Below are positions 16,419-25,397 of a stretch of DNA of 44,315 bases, piece by piece; position 1 is the stretch's first letter; each line of letters starts with the position of its first letter. Position numbers and translations under genes: made by a program. The stretch comes from an uncultured Gammaproteobacteria bacterium. Its GTDB lineage: Bacteria > Pseudomonadota > Gammaproteobacteria > JADZEE01. The stretch is taken from positions 1 through 44,315 of the forward strand of contig CAYGQN010000001.1 of assembly GCA_964351795.1 (NCBI GenBank), in the 5' to 3' direction. Under the pieces are notes generated by a model. That model ran no database searches and was not told where the DNA came from. It saw nothing but the letters and a program-made list of their open reading frames with translations.

Positions 16419-16639
16419 TTCGCCATTTCGTGAAGCGCGTTCCGGTACTTTTTCATGACCTTCTCGGCGGCATCGAGCTGTTCTTCGAAATCCTGCTGGT
16501 AGGGAATAAGTGTCAGGCCCTCCGCAGTTTCCAGGAGGAACAGCTCATCGCCCTTACTCGCGCGCAGTTTTGCCAAGGCCTCTTTTGGCAGGACGATGCC
16601 CATGGAGTTGCCGATAGCAGTGACTTTGACCTTATGCAT
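16415..16639 (-). CDS. phd: Phd-function antitoxin of the AbrB/MazE/SpoVT fold
   Basis: MHKVKVTAIGNSMGIVLPKEALAKLRASKGDELFLLETAEGLTLIP is a typical SpoVT/AbrB swapped-hairpin N-terminus. The stop overlaps the doc ATG (ATGA at 16415-16418). Start chosen at ATG 16639. Confidence 0.8.
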   Translation of the reverse strand: MHKVKVTAIGNSMGIVLPKEALAKLRASKGDELFLLETAEGLTLIPYQQDFEEQLDAAEKVMKKYRNALHEMAK

Positions 16640-16810
16640 TTGCAGCACCTCGATGTTATTACAAAAGTAATAACCCAGCGCAGCCTGCGCCATTGGCGAT
16701 GGTCAAGCTGGTGGGCGCCCGTGGGAGTAATGTCAACGCCTTGCGGGCGTTCGAATTATCCCGGCTTGTGGAAGTCCCGCGGCCCGACACAGGCCGGCGC
16801 GGCAGGACCA

Positions 16811-18214
16811 CTACCTTGCCGGGTCAATCGGCGTGATGGCCTCGCGCTGACCTTCGATGGCCTCCGCCACGGCCAGGCAGTCCAGCTCCGCCCAGGCGGG
16901 GCCGATGATCTGCACGGCCTGCGGCAGGCCGTCGCTGATGCCCACCGGCACCACGGCCGAGGGCAGGCTCAGGGCGCTGATGGCGATGGTCATGCGGCGG
17001 TCGTGCATCACCTGTCTGGAGCGCTGCAGGGATTCGAGATCCTGGTCGCACGGCATGGGCGGCTCGCAGGAGATGGGGGCGACGATGAGGTCGTAGTCCT
17101 GGAAGAAGTGCCCCCAGGCGCGCAGGATGCGCCGGCGGCGGCTGAAGGCATCGTGATAGCGGGCGGCGTCCACGTCGGCGGAAATCTGGCGGTAGTTGGC
17201 GAATGCCGTTGCCAGCCGCTCGCCGCAGATCCCGCCCACGGCGGGCGCAAGCCCGGTGACCAGTTCGTACACGCAGATGCAGCGCCACACGTCGGCGGCG
17301 TCCTCGATGCCGGGCGGCTCCACGTCCACCACCTCGTAGCCGGCCTGGCCGAGCAGGCGGCCGGCCTGCGCGATGCCGGCGGCCACATGCGCGCTTATCC
17401 CCTGGCCGGCCGGGTTGGTGACCAGGGCGATGCGGCGGATGTTCCCGCGCGCCGCCAGCGGCGCCGGCACCCACCACGGGTCGTTGTAATTGTGCGCGCT
17501 CATGGCCTGCAGGCCCAGGCGCACGTCGGCCACCTGCCGCGCCATGGGGCCGTCGGTGTTGAACATCTGCACGCCGATCCCGGGCTCGTGCGCGTCGGAG
17601 GGCTGGAAGTCCGCCACGCGGCCGAGGGTGGGCTTGATGGAAGCGATGCCGCAGGCCTGGGCCGGATCACGCAGGGAGCCACCGAGGTCGGTGCCGTGCG
17701 CCAGCGGCGCGATACCGGTGGCGATAGCGGCCGCGGAGCCGCCGCTGGAACCGCCCGGCCCGAGGGCCCGGTTCCAGGGGTTGTGCGTCACGCCCTGCAG
17801 TTCGCTGGTGGTTTCCCAGCGGCAGCAGAACTCCGGCGTGTTGGTGCGGCCGATGATGACGGCGCCAGCGTCAAGCCAGTTCTGCACGCTGTCGGAATTG
17901 CCCGGCGCGATGTTGTCCGCCAGCGCCGCGCAGCCATGCGTGGTGGGCTGGCCGGCCACGTCCACGTTGCCCTTGATGAGTACGGGAACGCCGTGCAGCA
18001 GGCCGGAGGCGGCGCCTTTGCCGCGCTGGCGATCAGCGGCATCGGCGGCGGCGAGCGCCTCCTCGGCGTGCCATTCGTACACGGCATTGATGGCCGGGTT
18101 CACCGCCTCCAGGCGGGCGAGGCAGGCCTGAACCAGCTCCCGCGAGGAGAAATCCCCGCGCTGCAAACCGGCCAGCATGTCGCTGGCACCCAGCCGCCAA
18201 ATCTCGTCGCTCAT
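16811..18214 (-). CDS. amidase-signature family amidase
   Basis: GGSSGGSAAAIATG signature. Conserved lysine context in VPVLIKGNVDVAG. High G+C like the backbone. ATG at 18214 (MSDEIW); an alternative GTG is at 18226. Confidence 0.88.
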   Translation of the reverse strand: MSDEIWRLGASDMLAGLQRGDFSSRELVQACLARLEAVNPAINAVYEWHAEEALAAADAADRQRGKGAASGLLHGVPVLIKGNVDVAGQPTTHGCAALADNIAPGNSDSVQNWLDAGAVIIGRTNTPEFCCRWETTSELQGVTHNPWNRALGPGGSSGGSAAAIATGIAPLAHGTDLGGSLRDPAQACGIASIKPTLGRVADFQPSDAHEPGIGVQMFNTDGPMARQVADVRLGLQAMSAHNYNDPWWVPAPLAARGNIRRIALVTNPAGQGISAHVAAGIAQAGRLLGQAGYEVVDVEPPGIEDAADVWRCICVYELVTGLAPAVGGICGERLATAFANYRQISADVDAARYHDAFSRRRRILRAWGHFFQDYDLIVAPISCEPPMPCDQDLESLQRSRQVMHDRRMTIAISALSLPSAVVPVGISDGLPQAVQIIGPAWAELDCLAVAEAIEGQREAITPIDPAR

Positions 18215-18498
18215 CCGCGCCGCCACTCGTCATCCACTCGGCCGGCAGTATAGCCCGCCGGGCAGAACGCAGGCGCGACCCCAGGCAGCAAGTCCGGTTC
18301 CGAGGGCAACAACCGGGTGAAGAACAAGCGCGAGAGGCTCGAAGCGATATCGGAGACCACTTCCACCCACTCAGCGAGGAAAGATGTCGAGTTTCCGTGG
18401 CTGCTGACAAGTCGAATCGCGCCCGCTGGCGACTGCGATGAAGATAGCGTCGGGCCGACCGGTATTGCCCTGAATCAGCCTGGGTGATGAACCCCGGA

Positions 18499-21400
18499 TC
18501 ATGAGCCAGCCTCGGCTTCGTTTTCCTCGCGTTGTCGATCCAGCTCATCGGCCAGCGCAGAACGCGGACGGGTCCGGCTGCCAATGAGCAGGTACAGGAC
18601 CGGGACCAGGAAAAGCGTCAGCAGCGTCGCCGCGAGCACACCGCCGAGGATGACCATACCCAGGATGCTGCGGGTCTCGGAACCGGGACCCATCGCCAGA
18701 ACCAGCGGCAGCGCCCCGAAGAAAGTGGCGATGGAGGTCATGATGATCGGCCGGAAGCGTACCTTGGCGGCCTCTTCAACAGCCTCGCGCACGCCGTTGC
18801 CGCGGTCACGAAGCTGGTTGATGAACTCGACGAGCAAGATCGCATTCTTGGCCATGATCCCGATGGCGAGAATGAAGCCAATCTGGCTGTAGATGTTTAT
18901 CGACCCGCCGCCGACAAGCAGCGCGAGCAAGGAACCGAAAATGGCAAGGGGCACACCGGCAAGCAGCACCATGGGCTGGATAAAGCTTTCGAACTGTGCC
19001 GACAGGACGAGATAAACGATCACCAGCGCCAGCGTGAACGCGAGAAAGAAGGCGCGACTGGAGCGCTTGTAGTCCTCGCTGGCCCTGAGCCACTGGATCT
19101 GGACGCCGGTTGCTGGCAATAGCGACTGCGCCACCTCCTCCAGCGCATTGACAGCGTCGCCAAGCGCGACGCCGCCGGCCAAGGAGCCCTTCAGTGTTAC
19201 TGCCGGCAGTCGGTCCACGCGCTGCAGCTCCGCCGCCCGGCCGATGACCTCCGTGTGAACCAGATCCGACAGCGCAACCAAGGAGCCACTGTCCGCACGC
19301 ACATAAACCTCGCCCAGATTTTCGGGCGAGGCGCGATCGGCGAGGTCGGCTCGTACCATGACCTCGTAGTTTTCCGCATCAATTGAGAAGTCTGTGATGT
19401 CCTCGCCACCCATCAGGATCTGCAAAGTTCGCCCGATTTCGGAAATGGGGATACCGAGCAGGGCGGCACGGTCGCGGTCGATGCGGATGCGCAGCTGCGG
19501 ATTGGTCGGATGATAGTCGAGCCGCAGCTGGGCCAACTCGGGCAGGTTTTTTGCCTCGGCCAGAACCTGTTGCGCAACTTTATGGAGTTGCTCGAGCTCC
19601 TCGCCGGTCAGCGCCATCTGAACCGGCTGCTGGGAGGTCGACCCACCCAGGCTCGGCGGATTAATGGCGAAGGCCTGGGCACCGGTTATGCGGGCGAGCT
19701 TCGGCAGCAGGGAGCGGGTCACCTCAAACTGGCTCATTGTACGATCGCCCCAATCCTTGAGCCGGAGGATGACGATGCCGGAGTTGACCGGCCCCTGGCC
19801 AGCGCTGCGCGGCGCGACGAGCGAGATCACGTGCTGCGCTGGACCATCGGCGTCGGTCAGGGGCTCCAGGACTTCCTCTACCTGACGCAGAATGTCGACC
19901 ATGTACTCGAGCGTCGCCCCCTCGGGGGCCGCCACCGGTATGAAGACCGCGCCGCGGTCCTCGCGCGGTGACAGCTCACGGGGCAGACTCTCGTAGAGCC
20001 AGGCCATGACAGCGACCAGTGCAACGGCCAGGACAAGAACCAGCCAGCGCACGGCCAGTACGCCTTTCAGAAGCCGCAGGTAGCCGCCCGCCAGTGCAGC
20101 GAACATCCGTGACGAGGGCTTGTAGAGGAAGCCGGACTTGACCCGGTCGGCGATGATGAGCTTGGAGCCAACCGTCACCCCAAGAGTCAGGGCAACGATA
20201 CTCGACAATCCCAGTGCAGCGCCCAGAGCCGCCGCAAACTGACCAAACAGGCGGCTGGCATCCCCGGTCATCAGGCCCAGCGGCGCGATGACCGCCAACA
20301 GGACGGTTGTGGTTGCGAGTACTGCGAAGGCGACCTCGGCGGCGCCCATGTCGGCGGCCAGCAGGCGCGGTTTGCCCTGCTCTGAATAACGAAACACGTT
20401 CTCTGCGACGACGATGGCGTCATCGACGAGCATGCCGATGGCCAGGATCAGTGCCAATAACGTCAGCACATTGATGGACATGCCCAGGACATAGAGGAAG
20501 ATGAATGCGCCGACAACGGACGCGGGTATCGTCGACGCAGGCACCAGCGTAGCCCGCCAGGAGCCCAGGGCCAGAAAGACCACCGCAACCACCATCCCCA
20601 CCGTCATCAGCAAAGTCAGTACGATCTGACGGATGGATGCTTCGACGAAAGTCGCGGCATCGAAGGCGATGGTCAAATCCACGCCGGCAGGCAGGCGAGG
20701 CCTGAGCGCCTCGATTCGCTCGCGCACGCCAGCGGATACGGCAACCAGGTTCGAGCCGGACTGGCGAACGACCCCCAGACCCACCGCATCGCGACCGTCG
20801 AATCGTACCGATGTCCGATACGTCTCCGGACCGTACTCCACATCCGCGATGTCCCCCAGCTGCACCTGTCCGTCGGCGCGATCGGCGATAATCAGTTCGC
20901 GAAACGCGTCCGGGCGCTTGAGCTCGGTCATCGTGCGCAGCGTCAGCTCGCGCGTATCGGAGACGATGCGCCCGGCCGGCAGCTCCAGATTACGCGTGCG
21001 AAGGGCACGCTCCACGTCGAGGGCGGTGACGCCCTTGGCAGCCATCCGGGCCAGGTCCAGATGAACCCGCATGGCATAGCGGCGCTCGCCACCGAACAGC
21101 ACCGTCGCAACCCCGGGCACCGTGGACAACGGATCGAGCAACACACGATCGGCCAGGTCCGACAGGGCCAGGCGGTCCAGAGTATCGCTGGTCAGCACCA
21201 CCCACATGACGACCTGCGCCTCCAATGAGCGCTGGGCAATCTCCGGCGCCTCGGCCTCATCGGGCAGATCGTTGCGCACCGTGGAGATGCGGTCGCGCAC
21301 ATCCGCGGCGGCCAGGTCCAGGTTCCGGTTCAGCGAAAACTCGATCTCAATACGGGCCCGACCGTCGCGGGAGCTTGCGCGGATGCGGCGCACGCCGTCG

Positions 21401-21621
21401 ATCCCGCTGACGGCCTCCTCAAGAGGCTCGGTGACCTCGCGCTCCACAACCTCGGCCGATGCCCCGGGATAGATGACCGTCGCCGTGACCGTTGGGTCAT
21501 CGATATCCGGATATTCACGTACCGGCAGGACCAGCAATGCGGCAATGCCCAGCACCATGATCAGCAGCGACAATACCGTCGCCACGACAGGGCGTGTGAC
21601 TGCCAGTACCGTCAGCCTCAC
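18499..21621 (-). CDS. RND-family efflux transporter, inner-membrane permease (AcrB/HAE1-like)
   Basis: 1040 aa. Typical N-terminus (TRPVVATVLSLLIMVLGI...LPVREYPDID), two large periplasmic loops, and repeated TM bundles including LALILAIGMLVDDAIVVAEN. The GTG start overlaps the adaptor stop. Confidence 0.92.
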   Translation of the reverse strand: MRLTVLAVTRPVVATVLSLLIMVLGIAALLVLPVREYPDIDDPTVTATVIYPGASAEVVEREVTEPLEEAVSGIDGVRRIRASSRDGRARIEIEFSLNRNLDLAAADVRDRISTVRNDLPDEAEAPEIAQRSLEAQVVMWVVLTSDTLDRLALSDLADRVLLDPLSTVPGVATVLFGGERRYAMRVHLDLARMAAKGVTALDVERALRTRNLELPAGRIVSDTRELTLRTMTELKRPDAFRELIIADRADGQVQLGDIADVEYGPETYRTSVRFDGRDAVGLGVVRQSGSNLVAVSAGVRERIEALRPRLPAGVDLTIAFDAATFVEASIRQIVLTLLMTVGMVVAVVFLALGSWRATLVPASTIPASVVGAFIFLYVLGMSINVLTLLALILAIGMLVDDAIVVAENVFRYSEQGKPRLLAADMGAAEVAFAVLATTTVLLAVIAPLGLMTGDASRLFGQFAAALGAALGLSSIVALTLGVTVGSKLIIADRVKSGFLYKPSSRMFAALAGGYLRLLKGVLAVRWLVLVLAVALVAVMAWLYESLPRELSPREDRGAVFIPVAAPEGATLEYMVDILRQVEEVLEPLTDADGPAQHVISLVAPRSAGQGPVNSGIVILRLKDWGDRTMSQFEVTRSLLPKLARITGAQAFAINPPSLGGSTSQQPVQMALTGEELEQLHKVAQQVLAEAKNLPELAQLRLDYHPTNPQLRIRIDRDRAALLGIPISEIGRTLQILMGGEDITDFSIDAENYEVMVRADLADRASPENLGEVYVRADSGSLVALSDLVHTEVIGRAAELQRVDRLPAVTLKGSLAGGVALGDAVNALEEVAQSLLPATGVQIQWLRASEDYKRSSRAFFLAFTLALVIVYLVLSAQFESFIQPMVLLAGVPLAIFGSLLALLVGGGSINIYSQIGFILAIGIMAKNAILLVEFINQLRDRGNGVREAVEEAAKVRFRPIIMTSIATFFGALPLVLAMGPGSETRSILGMVILGGVLAATLLTLFLVPVLYLLIGSRTRPRSALADELDRQREENEAEAGS

Positions 21622-22961
21622 CTGTCGCTACCACTGGCACCGTTCGACCCTGGCACCATCTGCCCGGGTGGCGCGCTCGCACTGTTATCCCTACCCGGTG
21701 CCGGCCCCGCTGAGTCGCCGGCCGATGGCCTTTGGTCCGTTTGCGGCCTGCCTCGGGGTCCCTGGCCCGTGCCGGATGGCGGTCTGACCCGCACGGTCAT
21801 CCCGTCGCGGAGACCTTGCAGGCCAGACACGACCACCCGCTCGCCGACCTCCAGGCCATCCCGGATCGCAACCCAGCCCTCGCGGCGGACGTCGGTCTCG
21901 ACGGGACGGCGGCTGACGACAAGATCCGGTCCGCGCCCGCCACTGTCGGCGGCGTGGGTTTGGCCGTCGGGCCCATCGGCCGAACTGGCGCCGGTTGGCT
22001 TGTGGCCTGCTGCCGCGCCGCCGTCCGATTCGCTGACGACATAGACGAGCGTATTCGGCCCCTCGGTAATGACCGCGGCTTCCGGGACCCGAACCACCTG
22101 TCGCTCCGCGACAATGAGCTCGGCGCGCAGGTACATCCCCGGCTTCAGCCGACCGTTCGCATTGTCGAACGAGGCCTCGACCGGCAGGGTGCGGGTGGCC
22201 TCGCTGACTTGAGTGCCGACGAAGGTCACTTGGCCACTGAAGGTCTGCTGCGGGAAGGCGGGAGTCGTTGCCTCGACCGTCTGGCCCAGCTCGACTTGGC
22301 CAACGGACTTGCCCGGCACGTCGAACAACAGGTCGAGGGAGCGGATTCGGGTCAGCTCCGCGATCGCGGTGCCGGGCTCGACAAAGGCGCCGGCACTGAT
22401 CATCCGGCGCCCCAGCACTCCGGCAAACGGAGCTTCGATGACCAGATTCGAGAGCTCTTCGGTGGCGATGCGCAGCGTCGCCCTGGCGGCATCGGTGCTG
22501 GCTTCGGCGAGGTCGATCTCGCTTTGGGAGACAAAGTCCCGCTGTTGCAGTGTCTTGCGGCGCGCCAGCGCTCGACTCTGCTGCTCGACGCGCGCAGTAG
22601 CCTCCTCGACGGCCGCTTCGGCACGCTCGCGCTCGAGCATCACAAGCACTTCGCCTTTGGGCACGGCATCGCCTTCTTCGAACCGAATGGAGGCGATGCG
22701 TCCGGCGGTCTGCGCGGCTATGGTCACGCGCTCCGGCGGCGTCAGTGTGCCGGTGGCGCTGATCCGATCGCTGATCGCAGCGCGCTCGGCCTGCGCCGTT
22801 TGCACTGCCGGGGGCGGACGTCCAGGTCCGTCACCGGCCTCGCCACCGAGCACTTGCGACCAGACCGCGCTGACCTGCTCTCGGTATACCCAGCCACCGA
22901 GGAATACCGCGGCGACGATGGCCGCTGCAGCCCATGACCAGATGCGCCTACCGCGTTTCAT
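21618..22961 (-). CDS. RND efflux periplasmic adaptor (membrane fusion protein) with low-complexity insert and tail
   Basis: N-terminal anchor, alpha-hairpin/lipoyl-like region (GTLTPPERVTIAAQTAGRI...GDAVPKGEVLVMLE) and beta-barrel region. Pro/Gly/Ser-rich insert (GGAAAGHKPTGASSADGPDGQTHAADSGGRG) and a C-terminal tail of about 60 aa. Confidence 0.85.
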   Translation of the reverse strand: MKRGRRIWSWAAAAIVAAVFLGGWVYREQVSAVWSQVLGGEAGDGPGRPPPAVQTAQAERAAISDRISATGTLTPPERVTIAAQTAGRIASIRFEEGDAVPKGEVLVMLERERAEAAVEEATARVEQQSRALARRKTLQQRDFVSQSEIDLAEASTDAARATLRIATEELSNLVIEAPFAGVLGRRMISAGAFVEPGTAIAELTRIRSLDLLFDVPGKSVGQVELGQTVEATTPAFPQQTFSGQVTFVGTQVSEATRTLPVEASFDNANGRLKPGMYLRAELIVAERQVVRVPEAAVITEGPNTLVYVVSESDGGAAAGHKPTGASSADGPDGQTHAADSGGRGPDLVVSRRPVETDVRREGWVAIRDGLEVGERVVVSGLQGLRDGMTVRVRPPSGTGQGPRGRPQTDQRPSAGDSAGPAPGRDNSASAPPGQMVPGSNGASGSDR

Positions 22962-23274
22962 GGTACCGAACAGTCAAAGGCCGGGACTGGTCGTGGATAC
23001 ACCGCGCGCCGACAGCAAACAGTGCGAAACCAATCATGAGCGTGAGTGCAAGGACAGCCCTGGGCGGATCGTAGCTCGTCAGTACGACAGCGATAAGATG
23101 GATGACCGGGATGACGGCCTGCCACAGCGCGCCCCACCATTGCGTGCCGATGAAGGGATCGACGACCTGACAGCCACCGCCAATGACAGGCAGGACGTCG
23201 AGAATCAGCATGTCAGCCAGCGTGAGGCCGAAGGTCATGCCGAGCCCGACGACACCAGGGAGGGCGGATAGCAC
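22948..23274 (-). CDS. small hydrophobic membrane protein, first gene of the RND operon
   Basis: 108 aa with about 3 hydrophobic segments and GC3-rich codons like the backbone. Its 3' end overlaps the adaptor start by 14 nt. GTG start at 23274 or ATG at 23238. No family recognised. Confidence 0.5.
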   Translation of the reverse strand: MLSALPGVVGLGMTFGLTLADMLILDVLPVIGGGCQVVDPFIGTQWWGALWQAVIPVIHLIAVVLTSYDPPRAVLALTLMIGFALFAVGARCIHDQSRPLTVRYHETR

Positions 23275-23358
23275 ACCAAGGACAACTACTCTGCCCCGGC
23301 GATTCGACCACTGACCGGAAAGGGGGTTTGCTTATCGATGATTCGTAATTCAGTCATT

Positions 23359-23415
23359 GAATAAACCGCCTTGTCCGGCCGCTCGCAGCGGAAGGTCCGG
23401 CTTGATCGGTCTCGG
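23359..23415. repeat. copy 1 of an imperfect ~57-nt direct repeat
   Basis: Begins with GAATAAACCGCCTT, identical to 23706-23719. It then aligns with one 1-nt indel through GCTCG.AGCGG and CTTGATCGG, with about three quarters of positions identical by eye. It lies about 85 nt upstream of the RND-operon start on the minus strand. Confidence 0.6.
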
Positions 23416-23705
23416 GATCCGCCAGCGACAGCCTGTTGCGGCTCGTCGAACAGGCCCCATTGCAGTGCCAACCGGCACGATGAGCGCACGGGTGGCATCA
23501 CACTCGTGCTTGTCCAGATTCCCCGGATTTGCCCGCGAATGACCCCATCCAGTTCATGAACCCGTCGAACCCGACTCCCAAATATTGTTGCCAGCTTGAG
23601 CCAACTGTTGCAAGCGCATTTTTTTCCAGATTCTCTGTAAAGAATGCACTTGGTGCCATCTCTTTCAAGCCCGTCCCCTGTAAGCGGATGTACGTTCAAG
23701 AAGAA

Positions 23706-23761
23706 GAATAAACCGCCTTTCCAGCAGCTCGGAGCGGGCGTTCTGTCTTGATCGGCATCGG
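23706..23761. repeat. copy 2 of the imperfect direct repeat (347 nt from copy 1)
   Basis: Same 14-mer GAATAAACCGCCTT at 23706-23719 and CTTGATCGG at 23747-23755. It sits next to an AT-rich patch (about 23560-23710). Confidence 0.6.
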
Positions 23762-24483
23762 CAGGCCGGGACGTTTGTAGAGCGGTTGCAGCCGCATTGA
23801 GCGCCCCTGACGCCATGATGGAACGGGTCACCTCCCGAGCGGGCGTCGCAGAGTAGCTGCTCCTGCGCATCGAGCGCGAAGTCCGTCGCCCTGATGGTAC
23901 TGACAGGCAGGCCCGCAATACATCAGGCGGCCAGGCCCGGGTTGCAGATCATGCGCAACCAACCCGGCCGGAGTCAGACACAGTTGGAGCCGGATACCCC
24001 GCAGCCCGTTGGGGTGCGTGGCCGTGAACTGTCGATTGACACGGTTGGCCGAACCTGCGGCTGACGCAAGCGCGAAACTGTCTTGCCATCGCCTCTACCC
24101 TGCAGGCCCCGAAGGCCTGTACCCCACCCCGGGGTGCAGCGTGCCGCGCCGGCGTCGAATCATGTCAAGCGAACGGCACGGGTTTTGCACCTCAGCTTGC
24201 CAACCGTGCTGCCTGGGAGGCTGGGGCTGATCATGTGGCGGGCGTCGGTGGTGTGAGTGCAGGCGTTGTCCCTGGACATCGACCTGATAGTCGATGGTTG
24301 GAACGATCGCCGGGTGTCCGGCCCGTTCCATTGAAGATTTCAGAGTAATCCGGGGCTGCCGCAGCATGCGACTCCGGCAATGGAAAATCCTGCGTTCCTA
24401 TTTCCAGGATCCGGGGAATCCAGCATGAATTTATTCATCGCCTCCTGCACGGGTCCCGACATTTTGCAAAAAAGGAGCTGCTG

Positions 24484-24990
24484 ATGACCCTTGAGTTTCA
24501 CCGATTCAAGGCTCGATCCCTGATCGTTGCCACTTCCCTGGTGGCCCTGTTGGGACTGAACGTGAGTGCAGGCACGAGCTCCGGCGCGGCCAGACAGGAT
24601 GGCACCGCGAAGGGCTTTCAGGAACTCCGGCAGGACTGGGGCGAAGCCATCGATACCCTCCAGGGCTATTCCGCGCACCAGCGCGACCAGGCCATGGCTT
24701 CGGCCCGCAAGACCCTGGATGCGATGGACCGGCAGATTGAACAGTTGGAGCGTCGGGCCGAGAAGCAATGGGGTGAGCTCAATCATGAGACTCGCAAGCA
24801 ACGGCGTGCCGCACTGGCTTCCTTGCGCCAGCAGCGCAACCGCCTGGCGGAATGGTACGGCGGTATGAAACATGGTTCCACAGAGGCCTGGGAAGAGGTG
24901 AAGGACGGCTTCGCATCCGCCTATGACAGGCTCGCCGATGCCATGGCACAGGCGATGGAGGAATTCGAGAGCGAGCCGGAGGGACAGTAG
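24484..24990 (+). CDS. secreted helical (coiled-coil-like) hypothetical protein
   Basis: AGGAG about 7 nt upstream of the ATG. Signal peptide ...ARSLIVATSLVALLGLNVSAG. The remainder is charged and helical (QIEQLERRAEKQWGELNHETRKQRRAALASLRQQRNRLAEW). Confidence 0.7.
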   Translation: MTLEFHRFKARSLIVATSLVALLGLNVSAGTSSGAARQDGTAKGFQELRQDWGEAIDTLQGYSAHQRDQAMASARKTLDAMDRQIEQLERRAEKQWGELNHETRKQRRAALASLRQQRNRLAEWYGGMKHGSTEAWEEVKDGFASAYDRLADAMAQAMEEFESEPEGQ

Positions 24991-25025
24991 ATGCGCAGGC
25001 GAATGACACACGGAAGGCATCAGCC

Positions 25026-25397
25026 ATGACAACAAAACTGAGCACCCGCGACCTGGTCAAGCACTACATCAACATCTCCGATACCGCCCTGGCAAGCCCG
25101 GATGCCAATCCACTCGTGAGCTTGTCGGAGTCGGTGATGACCAGGATGGTTTCAGGGCAAACCATCGATATCGAGGTGGTGGACGACGCCGGGGCAACCC
25201 TGGGTCATTACACCACCCGTTTTGTGGACGGCCGCTTCACGCCGGTGCAGGAAAAAACCGAGGACCCGGATAGGCGCTTCACGCTGAGCCGCTCTTTTCT
25301 GTCGGAGGTGGTGGAGAACGGCGACCATTACCTGGCTCATCCCGAGGACCTGGACTGGAGCTGGTTAGCCGGGGGCTGGATAAGGAGATACGCATGA
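25026..25397 (+). CDS. hypothetical protein
   Basis: 123-aa ORF. Its stop overlaps the ATG of the downstream dehydrogenase (ATGA at 25394-25397), which suggests translational coupling. No family recognised. Confidence 0.6.
   Translation: MTTKLSTRDLVKHYINISDTALASPDANPLVSLSESVMTRMVSGQTIDIEVVDDAGATLGHYTTRFVDGRFTPVQEKTEDPDRRFTLSRSFLSEVVENGDHYLAHPEDLDWSWLAGGWIRRYA

Noticed and set aside
16376-18253. 625-aa plus-strand ORF
   Set aside because: It is antisense to the amidase (GGSSGGS signature on the minus strand) and to phd. It is a low-complexity Gly/Ala/His/Arg-rich shadow ORF.
18033-18584. 183-aa minus-strand ORF spanning the RND/amidase spacer
   Set aside because: It overlaps both neighbouring genes out of frame, has an Arg/Ser-rich non-protein-like sequence, and has no RBS.
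21732-23271. Plus-strand ORFs 21732..22937 and 22213..23271
   Set aside because: They are antisense to the RND adaptor and the small membrane protein, with compositionally biased translations.
23286-23918. 210-aa minus-strand ORF in the RND upstream spacer
   Set aside because: The translation is rich in Arg/Ser/Cys and crosses the AT-rich patch and both repeat copies in inconsistent frames. There is no RBS and codon usage is unlike the neighbours. It is treated as non-coding or decayed DNA (see finding).
24340-25035. 231-aa minus-strand ORF
   Set aside because: It is antisense to 24484..24990, which has a strong AGGAG RBS, a signal peptide and coiled-coil-like sequence. The minus-strand product is not protein-like.
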